Source of the DNA: Macrostomum lignano | Taxonomy: Eukaryota | DNA length: 64,000 bases | Assembly: GCA_002269645.1 (NCBI GenBank) | Contig: NIVC01003253.1 | Location: 1,163-65,162 of the forward strand | Direction of reading: 5' to 3' | Shown here: positions 1 to 12,239 of the stretch, piece after piece | Layout of the letters: every line of letters begins with the position of its first letter | Position numbering within the stretch: the first letter of the stretch is position 1 | The notes under the pieces: generated by a model | What the model was told of the DNA's origin: nothing | The model's input: only the letters and a program-made list of their open reading frames with translations | Databases searched by the model: none | Made by a program: the position numbers and the translations under genes

Positions 1-600
1 TCAGCATGTAGACTGCTGTACATTCAGCATGTGAACTGCTGTATATTCAGTTTGTGGACTGCTGTACATTCAGCATGTGGACTGCTGTACATTCAGCATG
101 TGAACTGCTGTATATTCAGTTTGTTGACTGCTGTACATTCAGCATGTGGACTGCTGTACATTCAGCATGTGAACTGCTGTATATTCAGTTTGTGGACTGC
201 TGTACATTCAGCATGTGGACTGCTGTATATTCAGTATGTGGACTGCTGTACATTCAGCACGTGGACTGCTGTACATTCAGCACGTGGACTGCTGTACATT
301 CAGCATGTAGACTTCTGTACATTCTGCGATCAGACTGCTGTACATTCAGCATGTAGACGGCTGTACATTCAGCATGTAGACTGCTGTACATTCTGCGATC
401 AGACTGCTGTACATTCAGCATGTAGACAGCTGTACATTCAGCATGTAGACTGCTGTACATTCAGCATGTAGACTGCTGTACATTCAGCATGTAGACTGCT
501 GTACATTCAGCATGTAGACTGCTGTACATTCAGCATGTAGACTGCTGTACATTCAGCATGTGAGCTGCTGTACATTCTGCGATCAGACTGCTGTACATTC
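1..600. repeat. 23-bp minisatellite (CAGCATGTAGACTGCTGTACATT)n, truncated by the window edge
   Basis: Direct tandem periodicity of 23 nt; the Cys/His-rich ORFs at 31..471 and 54..356 are read-through of the repeat. Confidence 0.95.
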
Positions 601-1108
601 TTAAATGTCTTTATATCAGTAGCTTCAACAGAAGTTGCTATTTTTTTCTATCGGATAGAGCAAGATAAGTTATCTACAAATCGAGTTAATGGTTAGTATG
701 GATAGAAGGATATATTAGGGGCAAAAGGGTAGAGAGAAACAGCAGGCTTTTAGTAGCAATAAAGAATACGAGCGCAGCAGTTCGCAAATAGGCTGCGCAA
801 TCAGAGAGGATATAGAAGGGAATGATACTATACCATGCGCATATACTATTTGCCCAGTGGCAGAGTATGGAAACAAGCATATTATCGTTGCCGCTTGCAC
901 TCGCACCAGTTATAGAAGTGGCGCTCCGACACTACTATATTAATGTTACACACTGAATAATAATAGGCCAAAGCGGAAATGCAGCCAATGGATTGATAAA
1001 TTAGACATGGCCTAGCATGAAAATACAGTACAAAATTCCTATCTATAAAGCTGTTGTATACTAATGTACAAATAAAATCGATGCATATATATGTATGTGC
1101 AAGCTTAC

Positions 1109-1961
1109 TGAACATCGCGGCCGCAGATCTGGCCATTAGAATCAGTTGGATAGATCACGCGCCTGTAGTCGCCTCTGATAAAAGCTGGAAATCAAATCAA
1201 ATTGTCATCAATCATTAAGTCCTTCTTCTGCATGCTACTGACCCAATAAAGTCCTTCTGGGTGCTACTGACCCAATAAAGTCCTTCTGCATGCTACTGAC
1301 CAATAAAGTCTTCTGCATGCTACTGACCCAATAAAGCCCTTCTGCATGCTACTGACCCAATAAAGTCCTTATGGGTGCTACTGACCCAATAAAGTCTTCT
1401 GCATGCTACTGACCCAATAAAGCCCTTCTGCATGCTACTGACCCAATAAAGCCCTTCTGCATGCTACTGACCCAATAAAGTCCTCCTGGATGCTACTGAC
1501 CCAATAAAGTCCTCCTGGATGCTACTGACCCAATAAAGCCCTTCTGCATGCTACTGACCCAATAAAGCCCTTCTGCATGCTACTGACCCAATAAAGTCCT
1601 CCTGGATGCTACTGACCCAATAAAGTCCTCCTGGATGCTACTGACCCAATAAAGTCCTGTTATCTACTAATTAGAACTAAACCTACTAATTAGAACTAAA
1701 TCTACAGATACTACTCACCAACAGTGGCAATCAGCAGTAGCAAGATGACACATGCTACAAAGAGCAGACAACAGACAATGTCAGTGCAGGATCGATTTTC
1801 AATTGGTCCTTTGAAGTCTTTGTCGTGGTCTCTGACTTTGTCTGCAGAGTAGTAAAACAATTATGAAGTGATGTTTTTCACAAAAACGCAACTTCGAAAA
1901 AATATTACAAAGGCTCACTGTATTCAGCTTCATCATCCTTGCAGCATCGACCTTTTCCCAT
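1109..1961 (-). CDS. Choline transporter-like protein (SLC44/CTL family), first three coding exons; gene continues leftwards
   Basis: Hand-spliced exons 1961-1919, 1841-1719 and 1184-1109 have GT-AG boundaries and matching phases. They give [81 protein letters not shown]-x-GPI-x-NRSCTD-x-x-CC and IYPTDS-x-G-x-x-CG are CTL N-terminal signatures. Tentative exon 4 acceptor at 1012/1011. Confidence 0.88.
1218..1640. repeat. 29-bp minisatellite (CTGCATGCTACTGACCCAATAAAGTCCTT)n in SLC44 intron 2
   Basis: About 14 tandem units; lies inside the intron 1718-1185. Confidence 0.95.
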
Positions 1962-3010
1962 AGTCTTATAGGGGACAGATAAAGTGCCAGACAGATAGCA
2001 TGCAAATAACCAGTATTTTTATTGTTGTATCAGTCAATAACCATAAAAAGTATACTTTTATTTGCATTTTAATGTAAGAGAAATATCATAGTGCAAGTAC
2101 TAAGATATGCTTTATTCATTTTCTATAGATAAAAAAGATGATTTATTAATGCTACTTTTAACAACACAAAATTTTATGTGCATGTATAAGCCTAAAATAG
2201 ATCATCATAAACTAAGGCCAAGAACACTAAAATAACCTTATTGACCTAAAGTTTTTGTTGTGCATTAGAGCTCAGCCTATAGCTTTAGTGCATTATTGCT
2301 TCTCTGTCTATGTTGTATATTATATGACTTAAGCTTCACTTAACTTTTGTTCTGTTACTGTTTAGTTAGTCTATGGCAGTATACCCTTTTTTGCAGAGCT
2401 CCCCTCTCAGTTTCATCCCTTTTCCCATTAAGACCACATCTAGAGCTACGCATTCAAGATTCCTAATTCAACCATCAAATGCAAACAATAACCTTGCATC
2501 ATTTATCATTTTAATCTAACATTATCATTTTAATCTAACACATATCAGTTTTAGACCTAATATAAGCCCACAGACTTACTTTTCCAAATTGTTCAGAATT
2601 TAGAACTTGTTTATAATTTTAGATAGCAGCATGGCACAGATTTTTATAGGGCTATCTATGTGGGAATTTTCACTAAAAAGGACATCTATGAGACTATAGA
2701 ATGCTTGAAAGAAATACAACAGCAATGACAGAAATAGTATTGAAACAATTAATTTGATCTGGCTCTTAGTTGGTTCCTATTTATAGTAAAATTTTATTTA
2801 CAACAAAATAATAGAGTTTTGAAATCAGGCCTATATGTTTCTAAGAAAATTTGCCTACTACTCATAAAATAAAAACAAAGTCTATTACATAAACAAGGAC
2901 AGATATAACACAAGGTAAATAAAATTATTAAATGTTAAATGTTAAAATTAATCCATGACACTATCCATGACTTGCACCATATTGAAGCAACTAGGCCTAT
3001 AGTATAGGCA

Positions 3011-4125
3011 CTAGCAATCTTTGCCTCCCAATGGGAGATATCTGGATAGAATCCTTGTTCTTTACAAATAACAAATAGACAGTGAAATAAAGCCTTCATA
3101 AATAAACAACAGACATTCCCTCTAAAAACAAAACATTCCAAGACAGCAAACATCCTTAGACAGCATTCAAGCATCAATTCCCAAATAGCAAGCATCCCCA
3201 GACTGCAAGCATCTCCTAGATAGCAAGCATCCTTAGACTGCAAGCATCTCCCAGATAGCAAGCATCCCCCCAATAGCAAACATCCCCCAGATAGCAAGCA
3301 TAACCTAACCTAGATACAAAGAGACCTTATAGATATCTAGTAATCCCCTCTCAGATAGCAAATACCCTCTACCCCCCCCAAGAGCAAGCATTTCCCAATA
3401 GCAAGTTACCCCAGTAGCAAGCATCCTTCCAATAGGAAGCATCCCCTAATAACAAGCATCCCTCAGATAGCAAGTATCTATCCTTAAATAGCAAGCCTCC
3501 ACTAGAGAACAAGTAGCTAGGCCTAGTGCAATAATTTCCTTAGCTTTATAGTGGCTCCATTTAGTTTTGCATGACACTTCTTTTTATGTTTGAAATGGTG
3601 CCTCTTTTATGTTTGAAATGGGGGCTCTTCTATGTTAGACATGGTAGCACTTTAATGTTTGAGATGGTGGCTCTTCTATGTTTGCCATGGCGGCCCTTTT
3701 ACATTTGAAAATTGAAATGGTGTCTTTGTTATTTTTGACATGGACATGGTAGCTCAGTTGTTTGACATGGTGGCTCTTTAATGTTTGACATGGAGTCACA
3801 TATATGTTTGACATAGTGGTTCCCTTATGTGGCATGGTGTCTCTTTTATGTTTCATGTTTGACATGGAGTCACATATATGTTTGACATGGAGTCACATAT
3901 ATGGCTCTTTTAGACTTTTAGTATCAAACATAGAAGAGCTACAATGTCAAAACATTATTGAGCCAGCATGCCAAACATAAAAAAGACACCATTTCAAATG
4001 TAAAAGGGCCGCCATGTCAAACATAGAAGAGCCACCACGTCAAACATAAAAGAGCCACCATGTCAAACATAACAGAGCCACCATGTCAATCATAACAGAG
4101 CCATCATATCAAACATATACGTGAC
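3011..4125 (-). mobile_element. 5'-truncated, internally inverted copy of the non-autonomous Helitron found at 9940-16616
   Basis: On the minus strand it has the same 3' end (GGATTCTATCCAGAT-hairpin-GCAAAGATTGCTAG|T), the 18-bp array remnant (3170-3480), the spacer and the 23-bp array (3560-3900). An opposite-orientation piece of the 23-bp array follows at 3920-4125. Confidence 0.85.
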
Positions 4126-4304
4126 TGTAATTAGTAAATAGTAAATAGTAAATAGAGCTGAGCTCATGCACTGTAAATATTGCGAAATTAAACTTTAGAG
4201 GTGCAGGGGCGGAGGAAGAAAAGTACGCATTTGTTTCCCCATCGATATTCGCATTGATATTCGAATTTTAACAAAAGCAAAATACTAAAAGCAACCCGTA
4301 GCAT

Positions 4305-4896
4305 GAAACTTTACACAGAGTAAACTGCAACCGTGAAACGACTATTGGTCAAGTTTCAGCTCGATATGTCACTTTGGCTTTAGTATCAATCGAGAGCAGG
4401 AGCGATTTTCGATGCGTTCCATTTAAAATACATGTGATTCCAAAATTCATATTGATATTCGAGTACAGGTACTTCTGCCTCACCGATCTTGACGAAACTT
4501 TACACAGAGTAAACTGCAACCGTGAAACGACTATTGGTCAAGTTTCAGCTCGACATGTCACTTTGGCTTTGAGCAGGAGCGATTTTCGATGTGTTCAATT
4601 TAAAATACATGTGATTCCAAAATTCATATTGATATTCGAGTACAGGTACTTCTGCCTCACCGATCTTGACGAAACTTTACACAGAGTAAACTGCAACCGT
4701 GAAACGACTATTGGTCAAGTTTCAGCTCGATATGTCACTTTGGCTTTAGTATCAATCGAGAGCAGGAGCGATTTTCGATGCGTTCCATTTAAAATACATG
4801 TGATTCCAAAATTCATATTGATATTCGAGTACAGGTACTTCTGCCTCACCGATCTTGACGAAACTTTACACAGAGTAAACTGCAACCGTGAAACGA
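4305..4896 (+). repeat. Tandem amplification (3.2 copies; 189/177/189 bp) of the inner part of the left TIR
   Basis: Unit starts GAAACTTTACACAGAG at 4305, 4494, 4671 and 4860; the second unit has a 12-bp deletion. Confidence 0.95.
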
Positions 4897-5129
4897 CAGA
4901 AACGAAAACAGAAACGTAAAAAGTCAAAATCATGCAGTATGTGGGTGACTTGCATGCCATGCAGCTTAGAGACGAATTATAAAACAGTAATTTACAATAT
5001 CAAGTAACAGTTGGCAACATGTTTTAAGTACTGTAGATAAGTCATTGTAGTCGTAGAAAAGTTCATATCGCTCAAATGAATAGTCAGCAGAAATGTAACG
5101 AAGTGCTCCGAATTGAAGTTGCATAGTAC

Positions 5130-5789
5130 GGATTTAGATTAGCCAGGTAGTAGAAAAACGGTATGGCAGTTCTCACAAATAAAATTCTCGACTGGCCGAT
5201 TGCACATGATACCAGTACAAGCAAGATGGGCACTCGATCTGGAAAAAATCGTCGCATTGCATCATAATAATTGCTATCAAATTTCAGACTGCTATACGCA
5301 TTCAGCCAGTCGTTCAGGCAGTAGCGTTATGTTTTTTGATCCTGTCAATCATCTAGAGGGTTTGCTATACTCGTATGTTGTAAACCTATATTAGTTTTAA
5401 AAAGGCTGAATCGAGAAAATATTTTTTGTTGGACCTACCCAGTCGATCGGAGCATTGGCGACAGGACTGCATGTATCAGGACAGCTTTTTTTGCATGCAT
5501 GGCAAAACTCTTGGTTCCCTCCGAGACTGTAAACTTCGATAACCGCCCAGATGTGATGTCTAAATGACTCCAGTGATTGGGCGTCACGCTTGAAAAAGGG
5601 CACTTTTCCGAGCACAATCGCCCTGGCGTAGATACAGACGAAAACACCGCAGCTGTATCAATCGACCTGCATTGTACGTGGCAATGTATCGGCTACGAAC
5701 TTGTCTTGACACTTCCTGAATAAAGGAGCTGCCGAATCCACGAAAGGTAAGAGGACAACCGAATCGAGAAGGCGACTGCAATTTTGCAT
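5130..5789 (-). pseudogene. Decayed Ulp1/SENP (C48) protease C-terminus fused to a PHD finger, with one intron
   Basis: Minus strand reads ...TMQVD*YSCGVFVCIYARAIVLG (C48 catalytic Q-x(4)-[DS]CGVFV motif, stop at 5660-5658)...EFCHACKK...DW, then an intron 5438-5239 (GTAGGT...TTTTTTCCAG), then IECPSCLYWYH/frameshift/CNRPVENFICENC. Together these give a Cys4-His-Cys3 PHD pattern. Confidence 0.78.
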
Positions 5790-7258
5790 GTTCATATCAG
5801 AATAGACTGTACTCGAATATCAATATGAATTTTGGAATCACATGTATTTTAAATGGAACACATCGAAAATCGCTCCTGCTCAAAGCCAAAGTTACATATC
5901 GAGCTGAAACTTGACCAATAGTCGTTTCACGGTTGCAGTTTACTCTGTGTAAAGTTTCATGCTACGGGTTGCTTTTAGTATTTTGCTTTTGTTAAAATTC
6001 GAATATCAATGCGAATATCAATGGGGAAACAAATGCGTAGAAAAGTTGGGCTTTAAATTTGGCGATTGCGGATTTTGAACTCGGGGTTTCTTCGAAACCG
6101 GTCGTCGCTGCGTTCGCACGAATTGAAGCCAGAAAATCGCACAGATGAATCACAACGAAAGTTTGCCTCCTGTTTTACTCCGGCTGCCGGGGTCCTCAAT
6201 TCCGGGGGGAGGGTAGTTTCGGTCGTAGACGAGCGGTCTTCGTTAGGCGCGAGCGTTCAGAGAGGGTCCTCAGACACCGTAGTTAATGCACTTCGATTGC
6301 TTGACTGATTACTGTTAGTAGAGTAGCGCTGCCACCACCGTAATTTACGTATTACGGAACGTTGAAGTCTCAGAGCTTGCTTCGAGATGAGACGGGGTTA
6401 TTTTACGCCCGCGGGCAAATGACTCAAGAAAAGCTATGACTTTTAATCCAGAGATGAAGTAACAGGATGCTGTAACCGTTGGCTTGATTATTTATTATTC
6501 GGTAAATCAAGTTATTATATAGTTAAAGTAATATTATTTGAACGAGCTGCGACAGACGTTAATGTTCAGGGGTGCCGCGGTGCGGGCTTACTCAAATAAA
6601 ACTAAGTTAGGTTTTCCTTCAAGTAGTAGACTGCGTTAAATAAACGTTATTAAGTTAAGGGCGAGGCGGAAAAGGGAGTTAAAGGGACGTCAGAGGAGAA
6701 GAAAGGCATGAGGAGAGGACAGGCGCAGGAGGCGGTAATAAATACCCAGGAAACAGGTCACAAAAAGGCTTGCGAGGCCCAGAAACTGGGGAAGGGCGAA
6801 AACGCAAAGGCCAAAAAGGATTCAACAAAAATTGCCGCAGAAACACATAGAAAAACAAATTTAAAACATAAATTGGACGAACAAACGCCAGAAAATGGGG
6901 CGAGGGGAACAGAAAAGGGGCAGGATACGTCACAACTAGCGCCAGGGAGTGGACGAACGGGGACCAGAATGGGGCAAACATAATTTTAAAGTCCAGAAAA
7001 TGTAATGTGATTAAAAAATCAAATTCCACATCGAGCAATTGGTGGTATCCAACTACCACACTTTCCGCTGATAAACTCTTAGAATTTTGTTGATTAAAAC
7101 AAAAATTATGGTCTAGATCTGCTGTTAATGTTCTTTAAATCATAGAATTCCTATTTGCATTGAGATATTTAAATATATATAAGATCAAAAAATTAAGGAG
7201 AAGCCAATGTAGTGATCGAGAACACCGGGAGGGGTTTACAAATATCTGGGAGCCAGCA

Positions 7259-7403
<145 letters not shown>

Positions 7404-8315
7404 TTGGTTCAGGCCAAGAGCCTGTTTTGCCAATATGATTCAATGTATTTAATATTTGTTCAAAAGGTTGATTATTTTTACATGAACGATGAATACGATT
7501 TGAATGATAATTGTTAATTGTATTTAAGTATAAGGTATTTGAAAGAACGTCTGGAATTTTTACGGTTTTTTCGGACGACTACGACTGATCCAACAGAACA
7601 ACAAGATTTAAAGTAGGGAATAATAAAAAAGAAAAAAACAGATACCGTATGACTTTGATGCAAAACGATTCTTCTAAAATGCGATTCAAAAAGTTAAATA
7701 TTTTTTTCTGTCAATATAACAAATATCGAGTATAAGGAATGCTCTCAATAATAGGCGATTTTTCGTAAAGTGTAATAGTGCTCAATTTGAGTTCACGTGC
7801 ACTTCTATTATTTTCTATTATTTTCTCTTTCTTTCTCTCTGCGTCAACCCCCACCCCTGCATTGTCTTTCGCGAAATTTCTTTTCGTTTCTGATTGGCTG
7901 TAAACGCGTGAATAACGAACCCTAACCAATGGAGTGCTTAGTGCCCACCCTGTCGGAGAAATCCAATTGGCTAGGATTTTCTAAGCTGAGTCTTTCACCC
8001 TGCCTCCCCCGCGCGGTCAAAGTCTAATTCAAGCAAGCTGGCAAGCTAATAAATCAAGTTTCTTTGACTAACGAAGTCTTCTATAGTTGGCGGGAATTCG
8101 AACTCCGGAATACGCGGCTACAAAAGATATAGTATTTGAAAGCTCGTGATATTGAAAGCGTGAAAAACGAGTATATACACACTTCAAACGAACTTTTAAC
8201 GTCTAACGACTAACGAGGATTTAAATAGGAAATAAAAAAAGACAGGAAATGAATATACAACTGAAAGCGGATTTTTTACACTGCTGATGCATCTGTTTCA
8301 GTTTGCATAACTGTT

Positions 8316-8642
8316 TTAGCTATTCATGACTTCATATATTTTAGCTACACCAGTTAGCTCTTTTCTGATTCTTTTTTCATTTGTAGCATATCCTATCTTG
8401 TGTACTGCATGGTTGTCATCTCTAAGACAAGAGGTATTGACAGAGAAGTAATTTTTCCTGATCTCTTGAGCTTTTTGACATTCGGTCAAGTAGTGTAGGA
8501 TATCGGAACCATTTCTCGCTCCACACAGTCTACATGCTTCTTGAGAAATTATGTTGGGTGTGTAATCTTGTTTAGGAGGGTTGTTAAGAATTTTGTTTCT
8601 AAAAATGCATGGAAAGTAATCTGAAAGGAAACCAAAAACCAC
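8316..8642 (-). other. ORF fragment with a CX2CX9HX4C zinc knuckle, possibly the C-terminus of a non-LTR retroelement ORF2
   Basis: CRLCGARNGSDILHYLTEC resembles the C-terminal CCHC motif of LINE ORF2 proteins; no RT seen in frame. Confidence 0.35.
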
Positions 8643-8797
8643 ATCCTAAAACAAAAAAGCGCTAATCGCGCAAGGTCCAAGCGCCAAAATTACGGTACAA
8701 ACGCAAAGGGATATAAATAACCCATACACTGGCTCATAACGATGAATTTAACGATTTATATGAATATTATACACAGTAGTACACTTGGCACCGATAA

Positions 8798-9476
8798 CAA
8801 CAACAACAACAGAATACGCAGGTTAGCGTCACAGGGCGTGCTTCAAGGCCAGGTCACGAATGAACGCCACGCCGCCGGCCGAATCCGGGCGCCGGCGTCA
8901 GCCAGCAGGCAGTCGACGCAACGCCGAGTGCGCGCCTGCCCCCGCCGGTAGGGTGCCTGCGGCGTTAGCAGCAGCACCTCCTGCACCGGCTCAAGGACTT
9001 CTAGACTAGTCTAGTTAGTCTAGACTGCAACCCGGACTGCAACCGCGATAATAGGATGCAGTTATCGCGGTTGCAGTCCGTGCTGGATCCGTACCTGCGT
9101 CCTGAACAGAACGGCTTCCGGCCCCATCGCGGCACAGTGACGCAGATCCTGGCTCTTCGGCCAGTCATCGAGGAAGCACGGATACGCCAGTCGATTCTGA
9201 TTATAATCTTCATAGATTTCAAGAAGGCATTCGACTCGGTCGAACGTCAAGTCTGTGCTCCCAAAGGTGCTCCGTGCGTACAACGTGCCAGAGCAGCTGA
9301 GTTCCGCCATCATGGCGATGTACCGTAATACGAAAGTTGCTGTTTCAACACCGGACGGCCTATCGGACTTCTTTGAGACATCCTCCGGGGTGCTTCAGGG
9401 AGATACGCTTGCGCCGTTCCTGTTTGTTCTGGTGCTTGACTGGGTGCTGCGGACCGCTCTTCCTACCAACGACGAC
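8798..9476 (-). mobile_element. Truncated RTE-clade LINE insertion with a 5' inversion and an 11-bp TSD
   Basis: Minus strand 9000-8798 encodes an RTE-type C-terminus (EPVQEVLLLTPQAPYRRGQARTRRCVDCLLADAG) ending in a (TTG)n tail. Plus strand 9062-9476 encodes RT motifs (LRPEQNGFR, FIDFKKAFDSV, GVLQGDTLAPFLF) with a frameshift near 9250. GGCACCGATAA occurs at 8787-8797 and 9477-9487. Confidence 0.88.
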
Positions 9477-10519
9477 GGCACCGATAAGCAAACTAGACTA
9501 CCGAAATTCCGGGTTCCAAAAAGCGTGGAAATAAAATGCCTGAAACCGCTTGAAGATATCTCAGAAAGAGAGAAAATTCGACAGGTTATAAATGTGACGC
9601 TTGTCATTCTAAAAATTTTTGCTGCGATTAAAGAATTATTTTTTATTTCCCATTCTGTAGAGCTCATGCAGGTGCAATATAAATAGTGAAATGACGGTTG
9701 TTTGGTTTGTGAGCTGGGTAACTGTGGGGGGGGGGTTGTTTATTTAACTTAGCTTTGTCACCTTGTTTGCAGCTTGCGATCTGCGTGTACTCAGTAAATC
9801 ATTGTGTACTCTATGCGTACTCTACTCTGTTCCATGTGCATCATTGCGCTAGCCATTGCCTCGCCCCTTAAGTCTCTACCATTTTGTACTCTCTCCACTC
9901 ACAGTGTCAGTGCATCAGTGAAATCCAATATTTACAATATCATATATACTAAAAATGAAATGTCTGTAACTAACTAGCTATGCGATAGATTTCAGAAAAA
10001 GTGGCTCAACCGATTTTCTTCAAACTTGCACCATTTGATCAGAAATTTTCCTGGGACGGTACATGCATCTTGGCTAAGAAATTGCTCAATTTTAAAGGGA
10101 TTAAATATTCGAAAAACATGCTTTTTTGCAAAGGTCAAGCAGCTCTTTCGACCTGAAATGAATTGTAAAAATGCGAAAGAAAAAACTGACTGACTGAATT
10201 TCAATTGTGATAAAGATTGCATCACAACAAGATGAAAACAGTGTCGAAAAAATGCACACAAGACTTGATTGTAATTGCGTAACCATATTGCTAACTTGAA
10301 TTGAGACTGATACTGGCTGACTGAGAAATTGATTATGTCATAACTTTTTACTCTAACTGACTTGCTATAAGAATTGAATTATAAGGGCCACAATACATGT
10401 TCTCCAATTGAAAAGAGATAGCCAAGATGCGAACAGACTGGACTGCTAATGTAGCGACCTGGGTTCGAATCTTAGTAGTGCAAAAACATTTTTTTATTAA
10501 AACACTTTAAAACACAAAA

Positions 10520-12180
10520 TGCTAAACATAAAAGAAGCGCAATGTCAAATATAAAAGAGCCACCATGCCAAACAAAAAAAAAGTGCCACCATGTAGAACA
10601 CAGAAGAGACACCATGTCAAACATAAAAGAGCCACCATTTCAAACATAAAAGAGCCACCATGTGAAACATATACGTGACTCAATGTCAAACATTAAAGAG
10701 CCACCATGTCAAACATTAAAGAGCCACCATGTCGAACATAACAGAGACAACATTTCAAACATAAAAGAGCCATCATGTCAAACATAAAAGAGCCACCATG
10801 TCGAACATTAAAGAGCCACTATGTCAAACATAACAGAGACAACATTTTAAACATAAAAGAGCCATCATGTCAAACATTAAAGAGCCACCATGTCGAACAT
10901 TAAAGAGCCACCATGTTGAACATTGAAGAGCCACCATGTCAAACATTAAAGAGCCACCAAGTAAAATATAAAAGAGCTACCATGTCAAACATAAAAGAGC
11001 CACCATGTCGAACATAACAGAGACAACATTTCAAACATTTAAGAGCCACCATGTCAAACATAAAAGAGCCACCATGTCGAGCATAAAATAGCCACCATGT
11101 TGAACATTAAAGAGCCACCATGTCAAACATTAAAGAGCCACCATGTCGAGCATAAAAGAGCCACCATGTCGAACATAAAAGAGCCACCATGTCAAACATT
11201 AAAGAGCCACCATGTCAAACATTCAAGAGACACCATGTCGAACATAACAGAGACAACATTTCAAACATTTAAGAGCCACCATGTCAAACATAAAAGATCT
11301 ACCATGTCAAACATAAAAGAGCCATCATGTCAAACATAAAAGAGCCACCATGTCGAACATTAAAGAGCCACCATGTTCAACATTAAGGAGCCACCATGTC
11401 AAACATAAAAGAGCCACCATGTCAAACATTAAAGAGCCACCATGTCAAACATTAAAGAGCCACCATGTCAAACATTCAAGATCAGCCATGTCGAACATAA
11501 AAGAGCCACCATGTAAAATATAAAAGAGCTACCATGTCAAACATAAAAGAGCCATCATGTCAAACATAAAAGAGCCATCATGTGAAACATATACGTGACT
11601 CAATGTCAAACATTAAAGAGCCACCATGTCAAACATATACGTGACTCCATGTCAAACATTAAAGAGCCACCATGTCAAACATATATGACTCCATGTCAAA
11701 CATATATGACTCCATGTCAAACATATATGACTCCATGTCAAACATTAAAAATAAAAAAGACACCATGTCACACATAAGGGAGCCACCATATCAAACATAA
11801 AAGAGCTACCATGTCAAAACATTATTGAGCCATTATGCCCAATATAAAAAGACACAATTTCAAATGTAAAAGGGCCGCCATGTCAAACATAGAAGAGCCA
11901 CCATGTCAAACATAGAAGAGCCACCATGTCAAACAACTAAGCCACCATGTCAAACATAACAGAGACACCATTTCAAACGTAAAAGGGCCGCCATGGCAAA
12001 CATAGAAGAGCCACCATGTCAAACATTAAAGAGCTACCATGTCAAACACAAAAGGGCCACCACGTCCAACATTAAAGAGCTATCATGTCAAACACAAAAG
12101 AGCTACCATGTCAAACATTAAAAAGCCACTTTTTTAAACAAAAAAGAGACACCATTTCAAACATAAAAGAAGTGTCATGC
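10520..12180 (+). repeat. 23-bp satellite (ATGTCAAACATAAAAGAGCCACC)n in Helitron A
   Basis: Tandem periodicity of 23 nt, about 70 diverged units. Confidence 0.95.
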
Positions 12181-12239
12181 CAAACAAAATGAAACCATTA
12201 TAAAGCTAAGGAAATTGTTGCACTAGCTACTTGTTCTCT

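Larger units (their letters stand above)
4225..6038. mobile_element. Non-autonomous DNA transposon with ~230-bp TIRs and an 8-bp TSD (MULE- or KDZ/Zisupton-like; family unassigned)
   Basis: 4225-4468 is the reverse complement of 5807-6038 (ACGCATTTGTTTCCCC...GGGGAAACAAATGCGT). Direct repeat AGAAAAGT at 4217-4224 and 6039-6046. Confidence 0.9.

Noticed and set aside
31-471. Cys/His-rich ORFs resembling metal-binding proteins
   Set aside because: They are translations of a 23-bp repeat that is open in several frames; no unique sequence.
4305-4896. CRISPR-like or repeat-protein reading of the long direct repeats (also considered for the 33-49 bp arrays)
   Set aside because: Units are contiguous with no unique spacers, there are no cas genes, and the context is eukaryotic.
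4224-6039. Tc1/mariner assignment from the TA dinucleotides at both ends
   Set aside because: The flanks extend to an exact 8-bp direct repeat, which explains the TA and argues against a TA-only TSD.
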